This document shows positions 41,131 through 53,018 of a stretch of 64,000 nt of DNA, piece by piece. Numbering within the stretch: the stretch's first letter is position 1; each line of letters opens with the position of its first letter. This DNA comes from Chrysomallon squamiferum (Eukaryota > Animalia > Mollusca). A program made the translations under genes and the position numbers. Location of the stretch: contig CM022670.1 in assembly GCA_012295275.1 (NCBI GenBank), positions 9,982,001 to 10,046,000 on the forward strand. Direction: 5' to 3'. The notes beneath the pieces are model-generated. The model saw nothing but the letters and a program-made list of their open reading frames with translations, had not been told where the DNA came from and made no database searches.

Positions 41131-42324
41131 TTATTACATTATTATATATTTTATTTCAGTTTTATTCTTTTCCTAGTATAATTTGAATTATTGTTTTTTT
41201 CTAATTTCAGAAAAAGTGTGAACAGTACTGGCCGAGTGAGGGATCTATAAAGTATGGCGAGGTCACAGTAAGAAACGTGAATGAAGCCAAGTACACAGAT
41301 TACACAATCAGAACTTTTGAGATTTCAAAAGTACGTTCAGCTTGAAATAAAAACCATTAGACTTTCTTTTATCATCATTATGATGGTGATGATTAATATT
41401 ATTATATCTATTATAATTACTACTGTTATTACAGGTTTATTACAAAACCTTTAAATATTTAAAATATAGTGGTATTATTTTTTGCTATAATGAATATTAT
41501 TGTTGTTGTTGTTATTATTACTACTATTATTATTTTGTTATTTTGCTGTTATTTCTGATTATTGTTTTTGTTATTGTTAATGTTGTTACAATTGTTATTA
41601 TTTTTATAATTTCAGTAATTATTGTTTTTATTTATTATTATTACTGTTGTTATTAGTGTTACTGTTATTATTGTTACTGTTGTCATTTCTTTTGTTATTA
41701 TTATTATTATTGTTGTTGTTGTTATTATTACTTTTACTGTTATTGTTGTTATTGTTATTTTTCAGGATTCCGTGAGTCGAATAGTAAAACAGTTTCACTT
41801 TACAACTTGGTCAGATCATGGTGCTCCAACATTTCCAACCACGTTACTAGCATTCCGCCGTAAAATACACACCTACAACCCTGACAGCAACGCCCCAGTG
41901 TTGTCTCACTGCAGGTAGGTCATTTTTACCTGTTAATTACATCATCTGAGCACGACTGAAATTGTAGAATATTAAAAAAAAATATATATATATGTATATT
42001 AATTGCAGAACTGAAAAGAAATTTAAATATTCTTACAAATTTTAAAATATAGTAAAAGTAATAAGGTAAAAAAAAAGAAAAAAAGTGATATGAATTTTAT
42101 TTCAGTATATTATTTATTTATTTATTTATTTATTTTTGTTTATTTAATTAGTTAGTTAATTGGTTAATAATGTATTTAATTTTATTTATTTATTTATCTA
42201 TTTATTTATTTTTGTTTATTTATTTAGTTAGTTAATTGGTTAATAATGTATTTAATTTTATTTATTTATTTAATATTTATTTGTTTGTTTGTTTGTTTGT
42301 TTGTTTGTTTATTTATTTATGGAT

Positions 42325-42355
<31 letters not shown>

Positions 42356-45300
42356 TATATATATTTCTTTATTTATTTGTTTATTTATCGTTCCAGTGCT
42401 GGTATTGGTAGGACAGGAACATTCATTGCTCTGGATTACCTGCTGGAGCAGGCTGCCAATGAGAATCAAATAGACGTCCTTGGCATTGCTCAGCTGATGA
42501 GAACAAACAGAGTGAACATGATACAAACCTGGGTACTGATTGTTTTATTAATAAAAGTATTGGCTTGAAATAACAGTCCATGACATTTTCTAAGTGAAAC
42601 TTAAAGACAATATTCAGATATCTGTACATAGATTTAGTCAAGCACATTTGTGCCATTTTTGTTCCACCAGCTTTTGCCATCTTTGAATCCATCCTCTCAG
42701 AGCTTGGCATTGTTCTGGGTGATCAGCTTGTCTGAATACTGTGAACTTTTGTTTGAAGCCAGTACAGTGTTAATATATTAATGTATATAAATTTATAATG
42801 TGCTTTGTTGTGATGGGGAGGAATGTTTGATTAAATTAAACATGATCAAAATTAGTAAGTATTAAATATATAAAAAAAAATATGAATGATAAGATATACT
42901 TTTAAAAGAATGAAGTAAACTTTATTAATTAAACAAATCTTTCATTAAACATATATTTAAACTGTTATTTGACAACAGTTGTCTTTTTAACAACATTTCA
43001 GTCACAATGAAGAAATTTTAAGATAATATTGCTAAATTAAAAGAAATTAAATTTTCAAGGACTTACATAAAGATTTTTTCTTTTTTTTTTTTCAAATATG
43101 TCTTCAGGAGCAATATGCATTTGTGTATGAAGCTGTTCTTGAGTCTGTCAAATCAGGGGAGACAACCATTCCAAAGTCAGCATTTAGAAATGTATACCAG
43201 AACATGTCTCAGACAAATAAAGATGGTGAGGCAACACCTTTAGAGGAACAGTACGAGGTAATTTTCACAGTGTTTATTTACAGTTCTTTTAGTTTTTAAC
43301 ATGTGAAATTCTTTATTTTAAATAATCTTTTCAGTTTATTGTTTAAAATCACACTGTGTAACTGTGAGTGGAGTATCTTAGTTCTGGAAGGCTCTGAAAA
43401 ACAATGATACATCTTTTTATTTAAATGTCAAAGTAGAGCTGCACTTGAAGAATTGAATGAATTTTATCAGTGAAAATAGTTAAACGTTACTGGTTCATAT
43501 TTCAGTTTAATTCTGAAGCAACTGTTTCATTACGTATTTTATTATTATTATATATTTTTATTTAATTTTTAATTATTTAATTTTTTTTATTTCATATTTT
43601 GAGTTGTATATCTTTTATTGTATTTTTTTATTTAATTTATAAAAATCTTTTATTTTTTTTTTAAACAAAGGTTCTGCAACTCTTGTCTCCAACTATTGAT
43701 CGAGATGAATGCACTGCTGCCTGTGCACCAGAGAATAACGGCAAAAACAGATTCCAGAACATTCTGCCAGGTTAACAGCAGATTAGTTTATTTTAATTCT
43801 CTCCGTTTTGGAGAATTCTTTTTTAAATTCTCTTTTTACATGTCTTTTTCTTTAAAAAATAAATAAATAAATATAATAAAGTTTCGTACAATTTTTTGAA
43901 ATTTATAAATTTACTGCTTCTTCATTGACGTGCAGTTTAAGTAGCAAAATTTGTTCAAAAGTGAATACAAAATAACAGAATATTAAGGAAGATTTTTGTT
44001 TTTAATGTTTATTTCTATGCTGCTGATTCTTTTAAGAATCCAGGCTAGAATTTCAATGAACATGACTGAAATATATGTATATGTTTTATGATATACCATA
44101 CTAAATTTATAGTTGCTTATTGTCCGTATCCCTTTGTGTAAACATTAATATAACATTTAATATTATGTGCTAGTTTTGTTTCTTACTTTTTTTCTTTTTT
44201 TTTTAAACTGAATAATTACAGAGTATATCACATTGGAATAATTTGACCTTGCATGTCTGTTTCATAAATGTTATTTCTTAAAAATTTCTAGCACGGAGAT
44301 TTTGTCTTGGTTATTTAGTGTAAGGTTCAGGAATGAAGATCGTAGGATCTAACCTCTTCTCAGCATGCAAACTGAACCTTTTCACATTTCATCCACCATT
44401 TCTCCTTAAGTATAAGTTTTACATTATGTAGCCATAAGCTAAAACTGGCCAGTTTATTAAAAAATAAAATTTTTCCTTCAGAAAGTTGTTGCATGTATTA
44501 AGAAATCTAACCCAGTCTCTCTGTCCTGTTTTAGCTAACCGATGTCGACCATTCCTCTACACACCTGTGCAAGGTTGTACTGATTATATTAATGCAGTGT
44601 TCTTACCTGTAAGTATTCTCCGATGTTGGTGTTGTCTTGCACTTTGATGTAATGTTATGTTGTGTTGGTCATGTTAGAGAAATCAAATTTTTGCTCAGAT
44701 ATAATAATAAAATTTAAAAAATACCAACAACAGAAAACCTCAATTCTTTTTTTCCTAAACTGTGAAGAAGAAGAGTATTGATAATTATAAGATACGTTTT
44801 GTTGTGACATATGTCATATGTATTTCTTTGTTGCAGTTGGAATGAGATGCAGGATGAAAAGATATTAATGAATGCAGTGATTATAATTTTTTAAACATTT
44901 AAAATTTTTTTATTATTGATTTGTTGGTCTTCATAACAAGATAATGTATCAAAATTAAATTTTTTTCTTCAGATATATATGTAGTTTATTTTTATTATTC
45001 TTCCAACCTTTGCTAATAATAAAGGTTTAATACTGTTGCAGGGATACACGCAGAAGGACAGGTTCATTGTCACACAGATGCCGTTGCCTGGGACGGTGGC
45101 AGACTTCTGGAGAATGCTCTACGACTACACCTCAGACACTGTTGTCATGCTTAACGAATTTGATCGCAATGATAAGGTAGTTTGGAAAATTTTATTTGTT
45201 TCCCTTTTTAACTGTTTAAACCTTTAAAGATATCACATGTGTTAATTAATACATATCTCTGTGTGAAATGATAGTATTCAGGTTAGTTAAATAACAATAC

Positions 45301-46603
45301 TTTTAAAAATAAATAATAATATGAAGAACAAAAACAACAGAAATTATAACAACAACAACAATGGCAACAACAACAACAACAACAATAATGATAATAACAA
45401 AAATAATGAATGTAGTAATAATAAGATAAATAGTAGATGAAATAATAATATTTTAGTTAATTAAACATCTATATGAAATGATAGAATTCAGGTTAATCAG
45501 ATATCTGCATATGAAATAACAGCATACAAATTAATTAAATATCTGTATGAAAAAGTAATGAATATATTAATAATAAGCCAAATGGTATATTAAATGACAG
45601 TATTTAGGTATAGTTATGTTAATTAAATGTTAAATAATAATGTATGAAATAACGTCATATATATGGATTAAATGTTAAATAACAGTGTATGAGATATACC
45701 ATTTATGTTAATTAAATGTTAAATAATATTGTATGAAATAACATGTTTTATGTTTTTAAATGTCAAATAATGTATGAAATGGCCTCAAGAGTATGGATAC
45801 AAATGTTAAATAACAGTGTGTGGATATGTTGTCATTTTTGTGAATCAGACATTAAATGAGAGTGTTTTGTTTCATGTTTAGTCATGCAATCAAGGTAATT
45901 AGTCATTCGAGTATGGATTCAAACTTAGTCATGGACCACTCAGTGTGGAGCTGTTGTCTTCATCAAGGTAATTAGTCATTTGAGTCTTCAGACTTAGTCA
46001 CGCGATCAAGATAATTAGTCATTCGTGTCTTCAAACTTAGTCACGCGATCAAGGTAATTAGTCATTTGAGTCTTCAGACTTAGTCACGCGATCAAGATAA
46101 TTATGTATTTGAGTCTTCAGACTTAATCACATGATCAAGGTAATTAGTAATTTGAATCTTCAGTCTTAGTCATGCCATCAATGTAATTAGTCATTTGAAT
46201 CTTCAGACAGTCATGCAATCAAGGTAATTAGTAATCTAAGTCTTCTAGAAGAAATGATAATAGTTTTATTTAGAAAAAAGTTGTACAATGAACTAATAAA
46301 AGTTCTGTCTGAAATACTTCAACATCAGCTTAACATAAATCAATCATAATACTGAGGTGTTGATAAACATTCAAACTTACAGTATTATATATATGTTTAG
46401 GCAAAAATAAATATTAGACCGAGCTATAATTTAATATTGTTATTAACACAACTATTTTTACTACTACTACTACTACTACTACTACTACCACTAGTTGTAT
46501 TAGTGATAGTAATAGTAGTAGTGTTATTGATGTTATCACAATCATCATTATTGTTGTTACTGTTGATATTATTATTCTTGTTGCTGTTACTGTTATTTTG
46601 ATG

Positions 46604-46674
<71 letters not shown>

Positions 46675-47845
46675 ACTGTGTAAAATCCAGGGTGAGGAGA
46701 GAGCTGTAAAACAGTTTCAGTTCAAGTCATGGCCAGACTATCAGACCACGCCCAACACAGTGACAGCACTTCTCAGACTGCACAAGCTTGTCACTGATTG
46801 GCTCAAACAGAATGGAAAAGGACCAATCTCCATTCACTGCATGTGAGTGACCTTTAAGTAGCAGGCTGATTGGCATTCAGTAGCAGCCATTTCTAAAATG
46901 ATTGTTGATGATTAAAAAGGATATAAATGTTGAAATAATCATGGTTATAATACAGTTGTTATTTAAACTTAATCAATGTTGTTTAGATGTGGATTATGAT
47001 AAAAAAAATGTAAAAAGATTTTTTTCTTTTTAATGAAAATAAAACCTATTACCATGGAATCAATAAAATGTTTTATATTTTTTACAAGCCACATTTTAAA
47101 CAAGTGTAGCTTAAATAAATACAGCTAATGACGTTAATTACAATTTAAATCTGGAAACTGGCATGCAGATTTTCTTTTCTTATTTTTTTAAATTTTAAAT
47201 TAAATTTTTTTAAATTTAAAAAAAATTTAAATCTAATGTTGTTTTAGGAATGGAGCCAGTAAAAGTGGGTTGTTTGCAGCAGTAAGTCTTGTTTTGGAGC
47301 GACTCACAATGGACCAGGAGGTGGACGTGTACCAGACAATTAAACAGATCCGAATGAATCGTCCTCAGTTTATAGAAAACCTGGTCAGTGTTTTTTCTTT
47401 ATCCTGAAAACAATTTAACTTAATAATATTGTAAAAGTCAAACAAATAGTGCCATATACATTTCACCATTCTTTAATCAAATGCATTTGTTTTGTTTTTT
47501 ATCTCTGTGTCTCTCAGTTGCTTTATTTCTTTCTTTCTCTCTCATTTGCTCTTTCTTTCATTCTCTCTCACTAATCCTCTTTCTGTATCCATTCATTTCT
47601 TTCTCTTTGTCATTTCACTTGTTCACATTGTGTGTTTCTTTCTCTCACTCTCATATTAATTTTCTTTATTATCCTTTTTCTTCTGTCATCTTTCACTACC
47701 TCATTTGTTTTCTCTTTCTGTGTTTTTCATTTGATTATTCTTGCTATTTTAAAATTGATCCCATTCATAAATTATTATTGTTATCATCATTGTAATTTTT
47801 ATTAATATTATTATTATTATAGTGGTTGTTATTACTATATTTTTA

Positions 47846-47887
<42 letters not shown>

Positions 47888-48183
47888 TGTTATTATTGTT
47901 ATTTATATATTGTTATTATTATTTTGTTATTATTGTTATTATTTTTGTCATTATTATTAATTTATTTACTATTATTATTACAGTTATTATTATTATCATC
48001 ATTGTTATTGTTTTATTGTAATTATAATTATCATCATTGTCAATGTCATCATCATCATCATCATCATTATTATTATTATTATTACATTCATCACTGTAAT
48101 TATTTTTATTATTATTTCAGGAACAATACCAGTTCTGTTATCAGCTGGTTCTGGAGTACCTAGACAGTCAAGACCATAGTTAG
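8177..48183 (+). CDS. Receptor-type protein tyrosine phosphatase with EGF-kringle-(EGF)5 ectodomain and tandem PTP D1/D2 domains (PTPRA/E/K/M-like catalytic region)
   Basis: Exons: 8177-8246, 31232-31363, 31977-32258, 32774-32911, 33366-33500, 34012-34149, 34337-34474, 35081-35218, 36038-~36085, [TM exon unresolved], 37399-37515, 38138-38319, 38849-38936, 39415-39491, 39859-39895, 40398-40495, 41211-41330, 41766-41914, 42397-42532, 43108-43257, 43671-43770, 44535-44608, 45042-45176, [45882-~45968 disrupted], 46691-46842, 47248-47383, 48121-48183 (TAG). The readable exons sum to 3033 nt in one frame. Motifs: [57 protein letters not shown]. Confidence 0.92.
15560..15900. mobile_element. Possible decayed DNA-transposon fragment in RPTP intron 1
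   Basis: Abrupt ~340-bp block of balanced base composition starting TATAGGGGGGCAAAAAATCAATG, reminiscent of a TA-flanked Tc1/mariner-type terminus. No partner TIR or intact ORF seen. Confidence 0.25.
21630..22625 (+). repeat. ~175-bp direct repeat pair (21630-21805 and 22445-22625) in RPTP intron 1
   Basis: Both copies start TAGCTCTAGGGTGGAATTAGTTTGCCTCATGATCTTTCCTATCTGATGGATTCA and share TTTTAATTACATCAGTACA.GACATCTAAGGCTTCTCA. Confidence 0.9.
27120..27370. repeat. (TTTTA)n/(TTTA)n low-complexity tract
   Basis: Direct reading; representative of dozens of (ATT)n, (GTT)n, (CA)n, (TA)n, (CTA)n and poly-A/T tracts across the window. Confidence 0.9.
27655..27846. repeat. Compound (CTA)n/(TAA)n/(TAGTAA)n microsatellite
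   Basis: Direct reading. Confidence 0.9.
31232..31363 (+). CDS. RPTP exon 2, 8-Cys EGF-like repeat (not in the frame shown by the ORF track)
   Basis: [43 protein letters not shown]; acag| and |gtgagt, phase 1-1. Confidence 0.9.
31977..32258 (+). CDS. RPTP exon 3, kringle domain
   Basis: [26 protein letters not shown]...NYCRNP...RPWCY...ESC...C; kringle signature G-x-Y-x-G, C-x-x-W, NYCRNP, PWCY; phase 1-1. Confidence 0.93.
32774..35218 (+). CDS. RPTP exons 4-8, five MEGF10/Draper/SCARF-type 8-Cys EGF repeats, one per 135-138 nt phase-1 exon
   Basis: [16 protein letters not shown]..., [17 protein letters not shown]..., [17 protein letters not shown]..., [17 protein letters not shown]..., [17 protein letters not shown]... 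Confidence 0.92.
33650..33905. repeat. Degenerate ~18-20-bp tandem repeat (ATTAGTATGTA core) following a (TG)n tract
   Basis: Many ATTAGTATGT cores, the same string as the exon-5 donor junction ATTA|GTATGT at 33497. Confidence 0.7.
35703..36050 (+). repeat. Three imperfect ~115-bp tandem copies, each ending in a copy of the exon-9 splice acceptor
   Basis: Each copy reads TTAAATTAAATTTGAA(T/G)GTTGAAAAA..ATGATAGTA.AACTT...TTTTCAG|AGAT; acceptors at 35810, 35924 and 36037. Confidence 0.85.
36336..37385. repeat. 51-bp minisatellite, ~20 copies, in an RPTP intron
   Basis: Unit AATGAATCTGA(C/T)GACTGTTTTAAATAGTTACCTGT(G/T)TGTAAGTATATGAAT; period read directly (36481, 36532, ...); a few truncated units. 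Confidence 0.95.
38849..43257 (+). CDS. RPTP membrane-proximal D1 phosphatase domain (predicted active)
   Basis: KNRY pTyr loop, WSDHGAP (WPD loop), [11 protein letters not shown]-loop, Q-loop. Exon sizes 88/77/37/98/120/149/136/150 follow the conserved RPTP exon pattern. Confidence 0.95.
43671..48183 (+). CDS. RPTP membrane-distal D2 domain (predicted pseudophosphatase)
   Basis: [55 protein letters not shown]. Confidence 0.92.
45450..45860. repeat. Degenerate ~44-bp AT-rich tandem repeat
   Basis: Recurrent TTAAATGTTAAATAA(C/T)A.TGTATGA(A/G)ATA. Confidence 0.7.
45877..46245. repeat. 43-bp minisatellite, ~8 copies
   Basis: Unit CAAGGTAATTAGTCATTTGAGTCTTCAGACTTAGTCACGCGAT; starts at 45964, 46007, 46050, ... 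Confidence 0.9.
45882..45968 (+). pseudogene. Disrupted remnant of the RPTP D2 'C..YWP...GPLSVELLS' exon interleaved with a tandem repeat
   Basis: Acceptor tttag| then [27 protein letters not shown] in the expected phase 0, with an in-frame TAG; a WPQEYGYK-coding fragment is displaced to 45780-45803. Confidence 0.7.
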
Positions 48184-48617
48184 AAACATTAATTATGAAA
48201 AATAGAAAGTTTTATTTTTGAATGGGCATTAGAGTTGTGATGTAACACTAATATTAGTGGAGTTTTCAACATTGTTTTTCTGGTAAAGGAAACATTCCAC
48301 TGTTTTATTTGGTTTTTAGTCAGCATTCCTTATTGTTTCTTTACATCAAGACATGTTGTTTAATTCTTTATTGGCTGTTTATATTGTTCTATGATGTGTA
48401 ATTATTACCTGCTCTTTTGCTGTATATATGAACAAAGGGAGATCATTCTTGGGGTTTTTTATTTTTTTTTACTTGGATTATGGAATTATAACTTAGTTTT
48501 GTTATTATCAGAAAACAAAGGAAACAGTTATTTTATGTTTTTTTATATTTTTAAATGGCCTAAATGTGAGTTGGTTCATTGATGTATATGTATGAAGAAT
48601 TTGAATCATTTGGAACT

Positions 48618-48768
48618 TTTGAGTCATTTTCAGTTTTGTTTTTATACTCATCTTTTTTTTTGTCTGTTTAAATTCAAGATTATTCAGTGTTACTTTCATT
48701 TAATTTTTGAGTCATTTTCAGTTTTGTTTTATACTCATCTTTTTTTTTATCTGTTTAAATTCAAGATT
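48618..48768 (+). repeat. ~62-bp direct duplication (period 88) in the putative RPTP 3'UTR
   Basis: TTTGAGTCATTTTCAGTTTTGTTTTATACTCATCTTTTTTTT..CTGTTTAAATTCAAGATTA occurs twice. Confidence 0.85.
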
Positions 48769-49196
48769 AAATATATTTAATTTTTTTTCTTCCTTATTCT
48801 TAAAATAAATATATTTTAAATATATTTTTGTTAGGTGTTTTTTTTATTAATTTTTTTTTTTATGGAATTGTTTGTTTGCAGTTGACTATTTTGACCAATA
48901 ATATTTTAAATGTAATACTAAGCATTTTAACTCTTAATTTTAATTTTATTTAAAAGAAAATAATTTTTTGTTTTATTTATATATTTTTTTCAATTTTATT
49001 TCCATATTATTTATTTACTTTTATTTCACTATCATTTCATTTCTGTAATCTTCAGTTTTTGGGGGCTTTTTGTTTTTAGTTTTAATAAATAATCAAAAGT
49101 TTTATTTAAAAGATTACAAATTTTATAAACAAAGGTTATTTTCTTCAGTTACTTCATTCATTTTTTTTTTTTCTTCTAATCTGTTTAAAAAACAAT

Positions 49197-49227
<31 letters not shown>

Positions 49228-52200
49228 TTTTAGTTCACATATAAATATATCATTAATTTTAAATTTATATTTATTTTATCTTTTCAGTTATTTATATATG
49301 TTACTCATTAATTATTATGATTATTATTGAATTTTAATTTTTAATTTTTTTATTTAGTGTCTGTTTTGCTGATAAGTGTTCTTTATTTTGTCCTTAAATT
49401 ATTTAGAAACTTTTTAAAATCTTCAGTGAAGATATTTAAAAAAATATTAAGAACATTTTTTTAGTATGCACAACCAAATACACTTCTTTTATAGTACATT
49501 TATAAAGATAACTTTTTATAACTTGTTAAGATAATTTTAACTGAATTTTTTAATGTTGCACTTTATTTTTAATTAATATTTTTATTAACTTTGTAACATT
49601 TTTTTAATAGTCTTTATGATTTCAGTAATATTTTTAGCATTGATAATAATAATAAAAATAATAATTACTATTACTGTTATTGATGTTGTTATTATTATTA
49701 TTATTATTATTTATTATTCTACAATAATTATTAAGTTTGTGCTTCCAGTTTTATCAGCAGGGTATTGCATTTACTTTTATAGCACATTTGTGATTTATAA
49801 TTGAAATCTGCCATTTTTGTTGTGCATTTTTTTGCTATACAATGTCTTCATTCTTAGCTTTGATGTTTGCATAGACTTCTACAAATTTTGCTAAAAACTT
49901 CAGTCACATTACATGATGTTGTGAAAATTATATTACAAATATATAAAGATAACAATAAATCAGATTTGTATGATAATTTCATGAGTAAAATGAGTATTTT
50001 TTAACAGTTGGCTATTATTATCAATTTATCATCATTTGTATATAATTTGGCAAAAAATATATAAATTTTTTATAAATATATAAAGATAACAATAAACCTG
50101 ATTTATTGTTTTGAATAATTTTTCGATCATTTGTATACTTGGTAAAAAAAATGTTTATATATTTGTATCTACTAGTATGTAGAAAATATTTAACAAATTA
50201 TATCACTAGCAAATTGATTATTTTAGTAATCAAAGAATACGATAAAAACAATTAACAAGTGATACATGTTATTACATTTCAGTTTATATATATGTGACAA
50301 TCACTGAAAGTCAAATATTTTCAGTTTCATGTTGTTTAGGTCTTGTTAGTGATATATTTATTTACTGAGATTAAAATATCACAGTATATAATCAGTGATG
50401 TTAAATATTTGAATAATCCAGACTGGTTTGGAGTTAGCATGTAACATTATATAAGAATAGTGGAATAAAGTAAAAGGGAACTTTATGGCAGTAGAATAAT
50501 ATATAGTATAACTATGGGGCAATAAAATATAGATTTTATGTTTTATTTAATAATTTTTAATTTTTTTTTTTTTTTTGGTGAACTAAATTTACTTTCTTTT
50601 TCTTCTATAAATGTAAGAAAATTCAAATTTAAAATAGATATTATTTTTGTAACTTATTATTTCTGTAATTATCAGACAGGTAATTTATAATTAATTTGAA
50701 TGTAATTTTTGTATTCATTCTTGATTTCAAAGAGTGACTTAAAATATTATATATACATGTATGTATATTTTTTATTATTATTATTATTTTTTTTTTTTTA
50801 ATTAATATGGGTTTTATTAGATACAAATCCTTCATTAAAATATATGTAATAGTGTAATTATCATGTTATATTAAAAACATAGTTTTGTTGTATTTTTCAG
50901 ATTTTAAAACTTTTTTTTTTTTAAATGTTTTTAAGCTTTGATATATATATATTTTAACCAGTTTAGCTTTTAACATCACTTTTTATATCTTGAATGTTTT
51001 TGTGGATGAGTACTACCTTTAATAAGCTAAAGTCATTGTTTTAGATTTTACTTTGTGTAACAAAAAAAAAAAAAAAGGTTGTGATATATACTAGATTTAT
51101 TTCTTACTTTAATTTTTAATTTTTGAAATTTTAATAGTAAAAAGACAACAAAACCAAACCATGAACAATTGTGTGTTATGTTTGTCATTTTGTACAATGT
51201 GTAAATGATATTAGGTTGTGATGATGGTTAGTATTTGTTTTTCTTACATTTATCTTTTAAAATGCCTAATAGCAGAACTCTTTTTAAAAAACATTTCTTA
51301 TGTTGGATGTTTTTCATTCGTTTTCTTTTAAAAAAACATAAATAATGTTATTTATTTATCAAACCATTACAGAGAGCATTTGAGCATTTGATAAAACATT
51401 GTGTAGAATAATAAATAATTGTTTTAACCAGTTTAGTAAATGTAATATAAAACATTTTTTATTACTTTTTTAACTTTAAATAAATAAATAAATAAATAAA
51501 TAACAAAAATTATGTTACTGCTGCAGTATTACCACACCCAAATTAATGATAAAATATTATTAATCACACACACACACACAGAATTAATGAATAATTTTAA
51601 TTTTTTTTTTTTTTTTCTCTCTTATGTATGTACTCTGAATAATGTAATTATTTACCTATGTGTGATATCTTTTTCTATATAAGAAAATAATTTCATTTTG
51701 ATATTTATGTTTAGAAATCCAGGACCTCGCCTTCTTTTAAGATATTAAACTCTACAATAAAAACAGTGATGTTTATTAATACAGTAAAACATTAGAATTT
51801 GGATCAATCATTTTATTTAATATATATATATATATATGTATGAAACAAACTGTATATATTGTCATAGCAAAACCAAAAGGTTAAAAGTTTCTAAAAAACA
51901 AAATTTTAGCAGTTAATCAAAGTAATATTATGTAATGAAAATACTGATATTATGTGTGTTACAAATATATATATTTTTTTTACACTCTGTGTAAAAATAT
52001 TTTTTATTTATTTATTTATCATTGTTAATAAAATCTATCTCAAAACCATAGCAAAAAATGATAGATTTTTCTTCATATATTTTTTATTATTTATTTATTT
52101 GTTATTTGTAAAATTATTTGAAATTTTAATTTATCATTTATTCTCCATAAATGTAACTATTTGTAACTGATATATTTCCATACACAGAACTTATGTATGT

Positions 52201-52977
52201 TTTTGTCATTAAAATTTAAAAATCAGAAAATTTAAAATTGTAGTTTACAGTTATTTTACAGTCTTTTACTGCAGAAAACCTTTGTTAATATTTTACTGTT
52301 GTTTGAAAATATTTTACTTTAACGAATTTACAAAATTATTTTTATGACAAGCTTGTTATAGATTCACAGCATTTTATATACAAAAAAAAAAAAAAAAAAA
52401 AAAATTCAAGTTCAGGATAAAATCTGTATTATTTATGATCATTACGATCAAACTAAAACAAAACATGGTTAGATATAGACTGAATAAAATAAAATGATTA
52501 TAAATGTTTAATGGGACCAAAAAAAAAAAAAAAAAAAACCCATCTATTTTAAAAATAAAATGATGCAATTAATAAATTTACTTAAAGAATGAGAATCAAG
52601 CTGATAATGACAGCATAGTCCTTTTAATATATTTGAAATTATTAGAAATTTTTTAAAACATTTTTATTATTTTAATTTTTATTTATGGGTAGATATTGTT
52701 CTGTTTTTTTTTTTTTAGGTTGACCTGAATGTTTTGTAAAAAGCTGAATATACTTGCTTGTGTACAAATAATCACTGTGTTATTGAAATGTAAGATAATT
52801 GCACTGCATTATAAGTTTAAATATGTGTGTCAATAGATATGAATGTATGAAAGTTCATGTCTATGAATATGTACATGCTTTCCAATTTGTCCAAGTATGA
52901 TTGTGTGTGTGTGTGTGGGGTATGTGTATGCATTTTCAGTATAATATTTGTGTGCATAGATGTTTGGCTGTCAGTGA

Positions 52978-53018
<41 letters not shown>

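Noticed and set aside
42423-42710. Antisense [13 protein letters not shown]... overlapping a PTP exon
   Set aside because: No recognisable domain or splice structure; possibly a TE scrap, but unsupported.
44290-44460. tRNA-derived SINE or tRNA gene
   Set aside because: Only a vague A/B-box resemblance; no cloverleaf, tail or TSD can be established by eye.
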